NCBI GenBank assembly: GCA_040954595.2
Contig: CM082588.2
Span: 1,479,935 to 1,543,934, forward strand
DNA from: Balanoglossus misakiensis
Taxonomy: Eukaryota; Animalia; Hemichordata
DNA: 64,000 nucleotides
Direction of reading: 5' to 3'
A program made the position numbers and the translations under genes. The notes beneath the pieces are model-generated. The model was not told the DNA's origin and searched no databases. It was given only the letters and a program-made list of their open reading frames with translations. Position 1 is the stretch's first letter; every line of letters starts with the position of its first letter. This document shows positions 8,672 to 22,641 of the stretch, in pieces.

Positions 8672-11524
8672 TTTTACTGTGTGCGATCAACTGGCCGACT
8701 AAACTGAACACCTTGATTTCTTCATGACTACATCAGAGTTATCGACCAACTGTGCCTTTAATACATAAAGCATCTATACACCCCAAACAAGGTGCATTCC
8801 TTTTTTTCGTCAATGCATTTGGACAGATGGGATTTTGTGCAATCCATAAATGAAATTCTATGAACTTACTGCATTTACTCTATCAGAACTGTTTTGTAAA
8901 TTAAACAATAACACAAGTGAATAGCATGCTGTCAGCCATGGGGGTGTTTCAATTCACGAATATGAACGTACACACGAACAGGAAATGACATCATGCATTC
9001 AAGTTACTGTACCACTGCTTTGTTAAATCAGAATGTTCATGAGAAATGAAGTATGCACAAATTCATATTCTATTGATTTTCTTCTGAATGTTCATGAAAG
9101 CATTGTTCATACTAAGAATCCTTGCTTGTGTGAGAAGTTTAAGTGAAATGTAAATATTTGTATTAGACAATATCCTTTTCAAATACGGGTTGAGTTTAGC
9201 TCATATATCAAATGTACAGTTGCCAGTTATGCTTATGGCAATGAAATGATTGTAACGTCGAATGCGAACCCAGACGACTAGTGTGTAAGGTGAAGGTAAT
9301 ATTCACGTCAACCAACAGCAGTCATAGGAAAATACTACGGATATATAAGCATTAAGATTTAGGTGAAACTTTCAACGTTACTGGGTTCTCAAGTAAAACT
9401 TTCCTGCTTAATGAATTATTGGAAACAAAGTTGCTATAATTTTACTACTGTCAAGCTGGTGTCCATGTCAAGTTATGCAGATGTTGTTTCCTCTGCACGG
9501 TTATGCTCAGGGTTTGGCTGAATGCATTTTAATCCAGTCTCCTCTACATTAATCTTTGCAAATTAGAATTGCCGACGAACTGTGGCTGGGTTTCCTTCAC
9601 CCACTTTCCCTCACCTCAGAGCTTGCTGTAAAGAAATAAAGCAAGTGGTTTTCTGAGAATTCTCTGAGAATGTTCCATTCTCCCTTGACCAAATACATGA
9701 CATCCGTTGCTGTCGCGAATGCGTGAACACACCGTGTTTACAAAGTCCTTTGCTATATACCTTTATTGATTTGTAGTCGGATGTTAAATGTTTCCACTAC
9801 CGAATACGCTTTTGAGACTGCAACATGATGTTAACAAAACCCAGTCGGTTATGTATGTTGTCTTAGTAAATCCCAACACCTTAAAAGAAATCAGTGAACA
9901 ATTAGGGATATGTGCCTCTCCCCCCTTTAGAAAGAATTTCCTCGGGCGTCCTTTTAACGGCTTCTTAAGTGTGAAATTATTTCCGTTCATTGAAGTGTAT
10001 CCAATTCATTTACAATAGAAAAACACTAAAGCATCTATAACATTCATATTTTGTGAGTACTTTATTGACAAACCTAATTTTAAGTCTTGAGTATCCTATC
10101 TTTGACAAAATTCTTTCTGAGCCTGATGGTCATATTTATAGTTAAAATCAAGATATTTGCTTCAACATTTCTTATCAAGGGTTATTTATGTTGCAATCCT
10201 ATAAGTTGCGAGTTGCACTTTTACTTTGAAAATGGACTGGATCCATGTATAGGAAGAATAGGGCTGAGTCTAATTGCCAACTGTCAGAAAGACAAGTTTC
10301 ACCGTTGAGGGGGCTCGGACTGCCCATACCATGTTTTTAATTTTAGATAAGCCAGTTTGATAATGTGCTCTGCCTATATCCATAACAACAGAAAATGTTA
10401 AAGTCATTGGTGCTCTGTGTTTTGACTTTTACTGGATAGCTATGCTCTATTTTGTGATCAACTGCTATGTCACGGAAAAAAGTTTTTGGAAAAACTTCAG
10501 AAGCAGAGACCTCTTCTCTTACTTAGTTACTAGCGCCTTCTACGGTGTCGCTGGATCAAACTTGCTGTCAGAGACAAGAACATACAGTATTAAACTTCTG
10601 AATCAGCTATCTTTATCAAAAACATTCCTGCCACCCTACTCATATTATATTATACTGGAGAAAATCGCAGAAAACCCTGTTCTTTCAACTATGTGTATTT
10701 GTTTTAAGATACGACACGCAAGATACGAACTGTAACGTGTCGTATCTTATGAAAAATCGCAAGGTGTGGCGCCGACTTGGGTGTCGTTACTGTGAGTGAT
10801 TACTATGATACGAGTGTTTCCGGATCCTAATAATGTCAACAATGTGAAATTTGGTTTTTCATTTATCATTTTCTGTCATTTTGACCCGTTTTATAAATCC
10901 TAGTGTATTTTGCCAAGATAAACAGCACCCGAAAAAGCTACCGGGGAGACACTAATATATGTACACACATTAGTTTCCCAAATATTTACGTATAAAAAGA
11001 TGGAAACATAGTAAATGTCATGTTGGATTTTTCACGTGTGTTATAAAAAAAAACATTTTGTTGATAACGTTTTGTCTCTTGCGAAAAGTGAAAAGAACCA
11101 GTTTAAATGTGTCAGAGTAGAATCTTTGAAAGTGACAAATGTTGTCCACATTTGATTACAGTGACATTAAATTTTAAAATTTAATGTAACAGCAGGTGTG
11201 TGTATTCAGTATTCTCTCCAATTGTATACGGTTTGCCAAGTTCTTACAGTTCTCATCTTCAGAGCAATTTCCTTTGAGAATTTTTGAGTAATAGCTCATT
11301 ACATAACGTGATATTATTGTGTTATCAAGTTATTAATAATTAATGTTCATGCATAACCAGATAACATTGCTTTCTGTCTTTCCACACTGTTTGAAGCTTC
11401 TGTGTCTTTTCGCCATGTTTACTGCAGGTGTGGACATCATGCAATGTTCAATAGTCTGTCCGAACTAACAGTGTGAACTCCAGGACTTTTTTGGCGCCAT
11501 GTTTAATTTGATTTCCTGGTACTG

Positions 11525-11782
11525 ATAGACCATTTTCCAAACTTTACAAGACACTGCGAGATCTCGCGTGGCTAGGCAAATTTATACGGAAGGACTTTCT
11601 CATGTGACACACTATATAGGACTAACAACATATGGCCCATCGTGTTATGGTACAAGGGTTACAATTTTTGTTAAACTCTAGTTTCATGCAAAGCTTCAGT
11701 TGTATCATTTGGCTAGCAACCCGTTGCTAGGGTAAATAACCAATTGTCGCAAGATGTTGCAATTAGGGGAAAATCATCTATT
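11525..11782. mobile_element. Small MITE-like dispersed repeat
   Basis: Ends ATAGACCATTTTCC and GGAAAATCATCTAT form an imperfect inverted repeat. A related copy lies at about 1576-1785. Confidence 0.5.
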
Positions 11783-14768
11783 TCAGAGCATGCACTCTAT
11801 CATTGAGCCATATTCAGCGAGCAGACAGTGTGTTCCAAATTAATGGCTATATTTATATGGTCATTTCCTCTGTAAGTAGCTGTGAACGAGGTTGTGATAC
11901 CATTCAAAGGATGATTATTAATTTTCACCAGAGGTAAAAGCATGGATTAACTGTTGACAGCAATAAACTATGTGATCCAAAGCTTCATCTAGCTTACATG
12001 TTACACAAATTGTGCCCTTCTCGTAAATGTTATGTCTCAGTGCCCAGACAAATTAAGCCGGTTTAGTCAAAAGAGCGTTGTCGTGTAAAAGAGAAAGGTG
12101 GCCTGTTGCTAGTGGAACATACACTAGAGCTAAGTGCGAAATGTCATTGAGAAAACCTGTGACGTCTGATCTCTGTGATACCATGTATGCCACAGCTGTA
12201 AGGAAAACCTGGGTGTTAGATTGTCACAGAAAGTGTTAATTGACCAACGCGAACACTGATTGGGAACTTATCCTTGTAAAGTTGTTATATATACCAATTT
12301 TGAGACATATTTAGCCAAGTTTGAACACTTCATATTGTGTACCGAACACTCAGGGGAAGGAATTGACGGCATCTGCTTGTGGAAGGTACTGGACAATTAT
12401 GACTGGCAAATTCTGAATAGATAGCTGATCAAAACATTGTGTCCATGATCTTTTCCTGTTTTTAACTAAATGACATCCCTGGGAATTTCCAACATCTTAC
12501 ACAAGAAAAGTCCCACAGCAGTTGTGCGGAACCATAAACCATGAACTGTCAATACAACTTTTTCTGTTGCATCTTTGTCGAGAGCTTTGTACACTTGCTA
12601 CAAATAAAACTGGGTTGGTACAGGGGCGCTAGAACGGTTGGGAACTTTAATTAGTGTTGTATTTACGATGTACATTTACTACTGTGCCGGTATTTATCCT
12701 CACCCAATCTACCTCTCTCTGCAATATCCCTACATTTCCATGAAATAGGAAGATTGGAGAGTTTCTGGATGAAAAAAACCCACACACAGCAGGGGGCTGA
12801 TGAATGTCCACCATAAAACGCTAATTGCCTCGCCGGTTTCAAAGACAGGAAATTTGCAAGGGAACTTGATCAGGACTGCGGAGGTTGATTACTTTTCTCT
12901 GTGGCTTTAATTGCCCCGGTAGTTGATGAGAGAGATTAACAACGCAAAGTCTGGAGCGCTGCTGGAATTCCCATTGGTGGCTCACAGCGTGATGTTTTGC
13001 CTTCGCTAATTACAGTCTCCCACCATATGTCGTCAGTAATTGTTCGCGACAATTTAGGGTGTTGAGTTGCTGGTGGGCATTCAGCAGACAACTATAAACT
13101 GAAATGACTGGGTAGTCCCATAACCAGATTCCGAGTGAAGAACATGTACCAAGCATTTGTGTTTGACATAAAGTTCGATAATAAAGAAATCTTGCACCAT
13201 TGGCACATGTGTAAAAGATGATCGTCGGCCTTTAACATAACAATATGTTAGCCATTGACCCCTATATGAAATACACTGCATCGTGCGTCATTTGAAAGTT
13301 TCACATTTGAAAGTTTGACATTTGTTTATGCTCATGTGCTTGAAGATCATTGACGCAGCTTTGAATTGAACGAAAACTATACTAATTTCACTTCGAATCC
13401 TTGTAAACAAACATTACCATTTCCGATATTGTGAATTTTGGTGATCCATCTTAGCAATACCATATGGTATGGTGATGAGAATTGCCCATCAAGAATAAAA
13501 AATATGATATATGAAATCAGAAACATTTATTACATGGCCATTAATCAACTATGCTGTGTGTGACCGGTACAGCATGCCTTTGTGTTATGTTTGCGAGACT
13601 TTCAACACTTAATGGAACTACAGGTACACCAGGTAAAAACACGTGCTGTCCAGATCACGTGACCCCATCAAGAAACGGGTAAATCACTCCTGTCAGGTTC
13701 GTACCGCATGACGAGAAATTATCTCTGCAGTGATTCATACATTACAAGAAAATGATGGCCATAAGCTTTCGTTAATGAGCTAAGAACCACATCCCTACCA
13801 CTGTGCTTTTGAGTAAACGACCAGTAATTTCACATAGCAATGGTTGCCACCTGGCATGCAGGCGAAACCAGTACCTATAAAAACGCTGTGTCTTGCAATG
13901 ATGCATAGGAAAATGTTACCATTCCATGCAAACATGCAGACATAGCATCATTGACAGAATGTATAAGTTTAAAACTTTTAATATTCAAATGTTGTTCAAG
14001 CAAGAGACTGCAGGTATTGTTGTAAGTTGACATTAATTTTCCATCCCCAAAGTTTTCATTCCATTTGAATTCATACGTGTTACATGTCGGGTCTTGCGAT
14101 ATACATGTAAAGAGCTTTAGTTATATATGACTAATATCGTGTTCGATTCCTTCTTCTTGTTTCTGCTGATAACGTATTAACAGTGGCTGATACTGTTAAT
14201 ACATTGATCTAAATTATGTCCTGGGGGTGTATTTTTATTTCTGTGCTTTCTACCGCTGTGTGCTTAATTGCATCCTCATTCTTTGATTCGTGATGTCGTT
14301 TTGCGACACAAGTACAGTTGCCATGACTACTCAAATCGCAATCCTCACATGTTGAGTCTATAGCTAACATTCAATTCCCTCTCATGAGCTTACTATGACC
14401 GGTATTCAGTACAGGCAAATTGAAATCCCGGTATTACATTTTTTGTGAATAAATAAGATTCTACATCTCCTTTCTCTTATTTTTTTGCAATTAAACTGTC
14501 AGTGTTGTGTAACAGTAATAAATCAAAGACACCAGCTGTGATCGAAATCAAAAACTCGAAATTAAATACTGGAAATCAAAAACTGAACCAAGCAGAAGAG
14601 AAGCATATGTTACTAAGCAATGCCAATTAATCTCTCGTCGCATTGCAATGTGATCAAGAGCTTGAGCGATATGAAGGGTTGACGATGCGTTGATTGAATT
14701 CTTTTGTTTCATAAATATATGTAGATGTATGTTATTCTTCTTAGGACAGATGCCATATTGCATGTTAC

Positions 14769-14850
14769 CTGCATGAGTTTTTTCAAAGCCATCAAAGACA
14801 GCTAGAGAAACCAGCAAAAAACTCCAACTCATAAGTCTGTATCTTCTCAT
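14769..14850 (-). CDS. Candidate signal-peptide exon (orphan, or alternative first exon of the lectin gene)
   Basis: MRRYRLMSWSFLLVSLAVFDGFEKTHA-(G) has a basic n-region, a hydrophobic h-region and a THA cleavage-like end. CAG|GTAACA donor, 82 nt, phase 1. Confidence 0.5.
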
Positions 14851-17800
14851 TGAGTTTAGGAAAATAGAAAGCGTTTGAAACTATTTGGGGATAATTTTCT
14901 GCTTCATGTTCACCAACAGATCCCCAGAGAGTCTCTTAGACAGGTAGATAGACAGATAGACAGATGGACAGAAAGACAGACATAAGAGACAGACAGAATG
15001 GCGTCATTTCAAGAAATATTCGCAACCAGAATTCGCAATTAGGGCCAAACCTACATGTACTTGCATTTACTGCTTTCAATTCGAAAGAATCCATTTCCCT
15101 CCAACACGCTATTTAACCGATTTAATCCAAAAATTCAAACGGCGTAATTACCATCATGAGTGTGTGAACGTTTTGAAATCTCACAAAAGAAAATGCTTTC
15201 AAATGTAATCTTTTTTTATATAACGGTGATTATTTCTAAGGTCACCAGTGGTTGGTACCACGTGAATGAATTATCTTGTCTAGCCTCTCCACAACAACAA
15301 AACTATCCTGTGAGTGTCAAATTTTTCTAGCACTGTCAACAGACGTGTGCTTGATGAGTTTTCATTTTAATCCTTCAATGGACCAATTTGCCGTTTATTA
15401 GAGGCTGCTCTAAACTCCAGAGATAAGCCATTCACTGGTTTAAAATGATTGCATATTTTCTGCGTCACAGCAAACGAAGAGAGAAATGACTCCATTTTCA
15501 AAAAGAATATCAGCAATTTAAACTATTTCACCACGCTCTTGTGGCCACGCGGGTATTCATACAGTTTTCTGAAATGCCTCTCTGCAGAACAATGCAAACC
15601 AATATCGATTTTTAAAGAACTTGTAAATGAGACATTTAACGTGTTCGGCGTGTTTGCACATTTTGTTGGATAATCGATTTTTACTTAATGTAGCAGTATT
15701 GAGGACTATTTCACCTCCTCAACCGATAGTTAGTTGGAAAGGAACGTCGAACTACTAATAATGCATAACAAATACTCAGAGAGAAAGGGCTTGTTTAATT
15801 TCTGACCAGCCGCACCTCTAAATCGACATGTTTTACCTTTCCTAATTAAGTCGAAATGAACAGATTTTTTAATATTCAGGGTGCACCCATCTCAATCAGA
15901 CAGGTAGAAATGATCTATATGTAGTCTTGCTGTTGTTTGTCATTATATGAAACTCAATAATATGTTTCTGTATAGATAATATTATAATTTTCACCTCATG
16001 CACATTTCCCGGCTTGGTGTCTACAATTATCATGTAGAGCTATCGTTGAATGTCTCGAACACTGCTAACCCGCGGACTTTGTAACTGAAACGAAAGTATT
16101 CAGCTACACTGAAACACACATGTTAATTGTTTGTCATTTGACATACAACAAGACAAACAGCCTTCCATCAAGACTGAACAGGTTGACAGATCAAAGCTAT
16201 AAAAAACATTTTAATTATTCGAGGTCAAACAGAAAAAAATATGTTTATTGTTATACCAGTAAATATACCTGTCCTTGCTTATAATTAGTCTCCCGTGAAA
16301 TAAATAAGACCCAGCACATGTTGTGCACATATTCTCTTGGGTGCTGAATGTGCGTAGTATAACGCTGTTGCTGCAGTGAATGTAAGTTGTTTACTCATTT
16401 TGATTTTGCCAATTAGCTTACCCATATAATATTTTAATCTCGAGGAAAATGACTGTTATCATTTTGTTTGTAAAATCGGGTGTGTTAATTTACATCGACA
16501 TCAAAAGTAAACAAACACCATCTGGTGAAAACTTTGGAATTCTGAACACATTTCGATCCCTTTGGCGTCATCCTGTGTGGACAATATACTCCAACACTCA
16601 GGGTCATAAAGGGACCTGTGTTCAATTATCGGAAACTCCCTTTCATCTAACATTCACAACATTTTGCAGCAAACTCTGATTGATTACTTCCTCCAAATAA
16701 CGTTGTTCGCGTGACAGTTCATTGCCATTGCAATTTTATTTATCTTTGTTGTGGTCCTGTTTTTCTGAGTTCGGACACCTAATCGTTTTGTTTAATTTGC
16801 CGAATGCGCTACCCTAAAATAAATGTTTGTCCCCAGGGAATGGAATCAATTAGGGTCGTCGAGTCCTGGCATCGCGGTCGACGTTACTCGTAAATTTGGC
16901 TGTCGGTTGAGACGAGGGAAACATGCAAAATGGAATGTCCATCACACCTTTGAGTGTTTAAGAGAGGACCTCACAGTAGAAGAAGTGTTGTAATGACTGT
17001 ATCGCTTTCAAGTTGTCTAGTTTGACACTTCAACTAAACCACGCACAGAAAGTGCAGCATTTTCAATAATTGCACACGGAAAACTTCTCCTTCAAATGCG
17101 CAGTAGACCACTTAAATTGAAATGTTCAATGAAAGCACTAATGACCATCATCGAATATTCTACTTACATACAGACAACATTTTCTGCTTTTCCAACATTT
17201 TAGCACCGAGTGAATTGGCGATGTAGCACTTAACACGCGCGAATATGCACCGCTTTTAAGGTTCTTTTAATGTCAGCAGTTTTTGTTCCTAATGACATCA
17301 GGCGGCTGGAATGTCTCCTTGTCTGGCGCTAGAAGCAGCAAAGTTAAGGCCTATAGCACTATTAATGCAGTGCTTCCAGCGTTTTCTTCGGGCTGGGTGC
17401 AGGTGATTGTTAAGAATTGCCTTGTGGTCACGGAATGAGTTTGTACTTTCATTGGTATACGCATGCAGTTGGGTGGGTTATCCGTATGACATATATATTG
17501 TTGTGCCTATAAGCATTATGAGTGCCTGAACACTTTGTGTGCATCAAGGATAAGGCAACATAGCACATGTAAAGCACAAATTCAAATTCCTGTGGAAATT
17601 TTCTCTTGAACCTGCACGTCTGAAATACATATCCATTACCCCAACTGCATTAAGCAGTGTTATCCCGGCAGACAAGCAAAATAATAAAAAAAAGATCGAA
17701 GATGATTCCCTCTGTGGATAATTGCAGCATGGCATCTTTTATTATTGTTGCACACCTGATTAAAACTGGTGTCCCCAGCTGTTAAAACATGGAGTACTTT

Positions 17801-20800
17801 CCATATAACCTGTCGATGGTACTTTAGAGTGAGCGAACAATGATAACCTATATGCGCCATGAGTAATGCATCATCCGTAATGCATGCACGGACTCAGATC
17901 TGAAGTTGCATTGTAGATTGCAGACAGCATACATACACACATGCATGCATATGTTCATGTCACTTACACTTGGAGAGGTGTGTGCATGTGTGGTGTGTTG
18001 TATGTTTTCGAATAATGAAATGCATACTAAAAAGGTCAGCTTGCCCAGTTATAAACCACATTACATTTACTGGTACAATTTAACCAGGGGCAACGACCAT
18101 GTAGTTTAATAATTAGTACTTTTTCCAAGCATTTTCTAAGTAGAAACTTCATGGCATCCTTGTATCTTTGCATGCGATATTACACTTGTGTACCGACCCT
18201 TTGTGCCTGCGAACATGTTTGATTGAATCTGGAGCTGTAATCATATTACACTACACAAGAGAATTAAATTTGTAGATTCGTGTATTCGTTTAGTCAATTA
18301 CTGTTGGAGTCTCTCAAGATTGTGTTGCCTATGGCGACACTTCACTGGCTACCATGGAGTGTTTTCTAATAAACATATACTTTCAGTGTTTGATATTTCT
18401 GTCACACAATTGAGGCCATGTATCAGTTAGGATAGCAAGACCCATTTACTGAATGTTTCGTTTCTTCTTTGTGATAAAAAATCGCAGTAGAAGTATTGTC
18501 TTGATTTTAGACACCTGCATATCTTTATCTAATGTAACTGACACTGCCTATGAAAAGAAAACTGTCATTCAAGCAGGCCCCTGGTCATGTAAAGATACCA
18601 CAAAAGTAGATTTCTCGCATTTTAACAGTAGATTCTAATCTGTGTTTTTGCTGAATGTAATGGAACACTAGTTCAGGATAGTGTGCTCATGGTATTGGCC
18701 ATGACAAAAGATCTTTAAACTAATAAGTGAGCTTTTGCAAAAGTGTCTACTACATTTTAAAACCTTGAATTCCTTAAAACATCTATGAAGAAAAGACATT
18801 TTTCAAACCATTCCACATTTTTATCAAAGTTTCAAGATCTTAGTTTGATCATGGTCCATTTTACCATGTGAAATTTTCATCACTCTCCTAGGTAGCAATA
18901 CCCTATTTGAGGTAGGGAAATTTGACTGCCCCGGTGAAAATAACATTTCAGTTTACATCCACAAATCCAGTTTATAAATTAAATTGCATCTGCCTTGATT
19001 AGATGGGTTGGATGAAGACGCCATATTTGCCTATATAGTGCTGAAACCCGTTGGCAATGTAGATCTGTTACCGGATTCAATAATTTTGTTTGCGAGCATC
19101 AGCTTCGTGCGGAACATTTGTAAAGTTAACATTGTTGTTTTGTACGTGCCTCTGGTGGTACATACGAAGATTAAATAGTCTGTGCATTGCAAGGCCTTTC
19201 CGCTATTTCCCTTACTTTCATCGCGAAACGTTCGACAATCATCGCTGCCCTTAAACTTTTGAATTTCCTACCTGTTCAGAAACCATATCTCGGTGAACAT
19301 TGATTGACACAAGCTCAGACACAATCTATTGATCAGGGTTAATTACCAGCAGATTGAATGGACATTATGTTTCACGATGAACATCTGCTTCATATACAAC
19401 ATTTGTCCTTCCTTTTCAAAAGAACACAATAGAGTGATTTATTACAACCCAATTATTTGATGTTAGTTAGTCCTTCAGTAGCTCACTTGTAATGATTAAT
19501 TTAGGAATGTTTAGTGTGATATAAGCATAATCATCTGCCATTGAGCAACTTCGCCCTTGGTATATCAAGCATGTTACACAAACTATATTTAGAAACTGCC
19601 ATTTTCACCTTCGTTTGCCTTGCAAGTTAATGACACCAATTCTCCATGTAGAACATAAGCCTTGTACGAAGTGAAAAGTTTCTAAAAACACAGCATTATT
19701 CCAAAAACTGTCATGTGTTTAAAATAATTTCAGTGTAGTCACCCATGCTGAATGGAAATTTCTTTTGTGATATTATTCTATGATCCTGCCATCAGGCAAA
19801 AAAAACAATTAACATGGTAGGAGCTATTTTGGGATAATTGCATGTAGATATATGCGTAAATATTTTTCGTATCTGCTGTACGGTACATGTTTTATTTTGT
19901 TTAAACTTGTGACTTTTACCTCAAATACAACAAAACATTTAGCGCTTTATTCATATGTAATTATCTCTAAATAATTCCAATCAAGTTTTAGTATTTGATT
20001 GTGTTCGCAGACATCAGAATTAACAAACACATGGATGCCACAGTTGCCCCCAATTTGGGATCACAGTTCTTCCTAAGTGACCTCCCTCCAGATCGCATTT
20101 AAACCTTTCACCCCTTTTTAATTCTGTCACACTGCCTTGTGCCTTTGGTATTGCCTGTATTGGTTACTGAGTGAGACAAGCCTATCATCCTTAACAGTCT
20201 CAGTTTGTGAGTACTGAGAGATCGATATAATTGAGCGTATTATATTATATGTTAACCTTTGTGCACCCAGAAACAAACTCTTCTACTGAACGATTATTTT
20301 TAGAAATAATACTGTACGTACAAAAGGGCGAAATGTTCATTTATTGTTCATTGTGTATGAAAGAAATGAACCTACTTGCCACTGCATTTTAAACAAAATA
20401 TCAAGAAGAATTAATTATTGAACACAACACTTATAATTTAAAAAATAATTAAAACAAAACAAAACAGTCGTCTGGTCCCAAATATTGTAGACACTGCGCA
20501 AAATGAAAACGTGCTTCGAATAACTGATCAAAACTAAAAGAAATATGGTCATTAAATTTTAGAAACACACCAGAGTCTAATTTTATCGTTTATAGTGACT
20601 GAACTATTTTAGAATGTAATTTTCCCTGCAGAGGCATTCGTCAACATATGGTGTGCTGTACTGTCTGCACAATGGACATGCTTTAAGTATGAGTTTAGGG
20701 TTGTAACCCTCTTGACTGTGGCTGACCATACAGCCTTATATGCAATTTTTTGGTTGAGAATATGTATTTCGTGACTGTAGAAGTGTGAGTTTGTGAGAAT

Positions 20801-22391
20801 TATCACTGGTACTACAAACGATGCTGTTTTCGGGAGGCGAGGTTTTCAGTCATATTATTTATTCACACTGCATGAACTAAAAGGCAGGACACTGACAAAA
20901 ACAACATTAATGAAGAATTTTCAATTCTTTGAAGCCATAGATTAAAGCCTGCGAGAGATTGGCTTGCAAACTGTGCTAAAATTGTTATAAAATCATCATT
21001 CTATTTCAAATGTGGCGCCAACGTTCTTGGATTCCTCTCTGAAGCACTGCGTTCTTGTTATCAAATTTAATAAAAACGAGCAACCCATTTGGTGTTTTGT
21101 GTTGAGTCTTGTTACATAAATGGCTTTTCAATACAACAGAACTCTCAGTGTAAGATAAATCACCACCATTGCAGGGAAAGATGGTGACGATAAAAGCATG
21201 ATTAAAGTGAGGATGAAATATAACTTCACTTTAAATCACCGGGCCATTGCATGATTTGGAGTGAGAATTTCTCTTTAAAATTTGTGTTGGATTCAATTAT
21301 AGTGACCATTTTTTCCAGGCACAATAAACCCGGTTTAATGGCAGAGAGAATGTGATTTATTTAATGATCAAACACATTATGGTATGTTTTGATTTCGCGA
21401 TTTTTCTTTTGCCGCCACGCATGTGATATGTTGTACCCATTTTCGTTTGAGATACAACCCACGAATTTATTACTCCTCCAGGTCGCAAGTCCCCAACGAC
21501 GTATGAAATTTGCATGTCCGATGTACAAGTTTCATGACGTCTGATCGTTACTAATAAGCTAACTCACCATTCCAGCATTTAATGACGATTTTGCGTAGTG
21601 TGTTTCCATAGAAACGCAATCTAGAAAATAGGGCCTGGATCCTGTGAGAGGAAATGTTAAAATCAACTCGTATTTTACTTGATTTGAAGTCAGTCCTACC
21701 CTACCATTTCACGTAGCAAGGAGGTTAAAACAACGCACTCAATCAAATCCTGAGCACTCAATCAATCAAAAACTGAACGTTTGGTACACAGAACCGAATT
21801 ACTGAAAACAAAGCCAAAAGTTACAGCTAATGTCCCTTTAATATTTCATAGATGAAGACCTCACAGAATGTCAAACAACAAAGTGATTTCCTCTTATGAC
21901 CTCTCAGCCCACATATTAAATTGGCATGATTTTTTTCCTTAACTAGAATTTGTGTCTGTTTCATTAAAAGAGTGACATATCCAAGTAATAAATCAAATTC
22001 TCAACGTTCGTCATCTCTCTGGAGAATCATAAATGCAATGCTCAATTTGTCCGCCATTCCTGCAAACATTCTGTCCTTTGTCATGATTTCATAATATTGC
22101 AATTAAAAACAGGGCTGAAGGAAAACATGACACGTGCAGTGATATAGATGGACATGTGACGGTATATTGCCTTTGGCAAAACAATTTCTTCACAATCATT
22201 GCATTCATATGTGAGGAGGGGGAACGTTCTGTTGACAATAAATCTCCACTTTATTAAAAAAATTGTTCTGTTTGCCTGCCATGGTAACGAGACGCTGAAA
22301 CCTGAAGAATAAAAATGTTAAAGTATGACATTACGTGTAGTACATGTATTCCTTTTTAAAAGTAAAGATTGAAAAAAGTTTTGCTCGTGCA

Positions 22392-22641
22392 ATCTTTCAC
22401 CCTGGAATGAACTGCATGAAATATTAGCTTTTACTTGGTTGGTTTGCTAGAAGTGGTCTCAAAAAGTTTAACTATCTTTCATTACCTTACCCTGGAATGA
22501 ATTGTATGAAATAGCTTTTGCTTGGTTGGTTTAGAAGTGGTCTCAAAAAGTTTAACTATCTTTCATTACCTTACCCTGGAATGAATTGTATGAAATAGCT
22601 TTTGCTTGGTTGGTTTAGAAGTGGTCTCAAAAAGTTTAACT
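22392..22641. repeat. Tandem repeat, about 84-bp unit x3
   Basis: CCCTGGAATGAA...GGTTGGTTT..AGAAGTGGTCTCAAAAAGTTTAACT recurs at about 22400, 22490 and 22574. Confidence 0.92.

Noticed and set aside
9610-9640. Minus-strand acceptor TTTCTTTACAG followed 11 nt later by GTGAGG (possible micro-exon)
   Set aside because: It would change phase 1 to 0 and break the frame with exon 2, and read-through meets a stop within 10 codons. No support.
17544-17735. Minus-strand ORF with a hydrophobic stretch (IFFLLFCLSAGITLLNAVG)
   Set aside because: The best nearby donor is phase 0 and no partner exon was found. The hydrophobicity largely comes from a T-rich tract.
22392-22641. Three regularly spaced repeats resembling a CRISPR array
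   Set aside because: The whole 84-bp unit repeats with no unique spacers. The context is eukaryotic and there are no cas genes.
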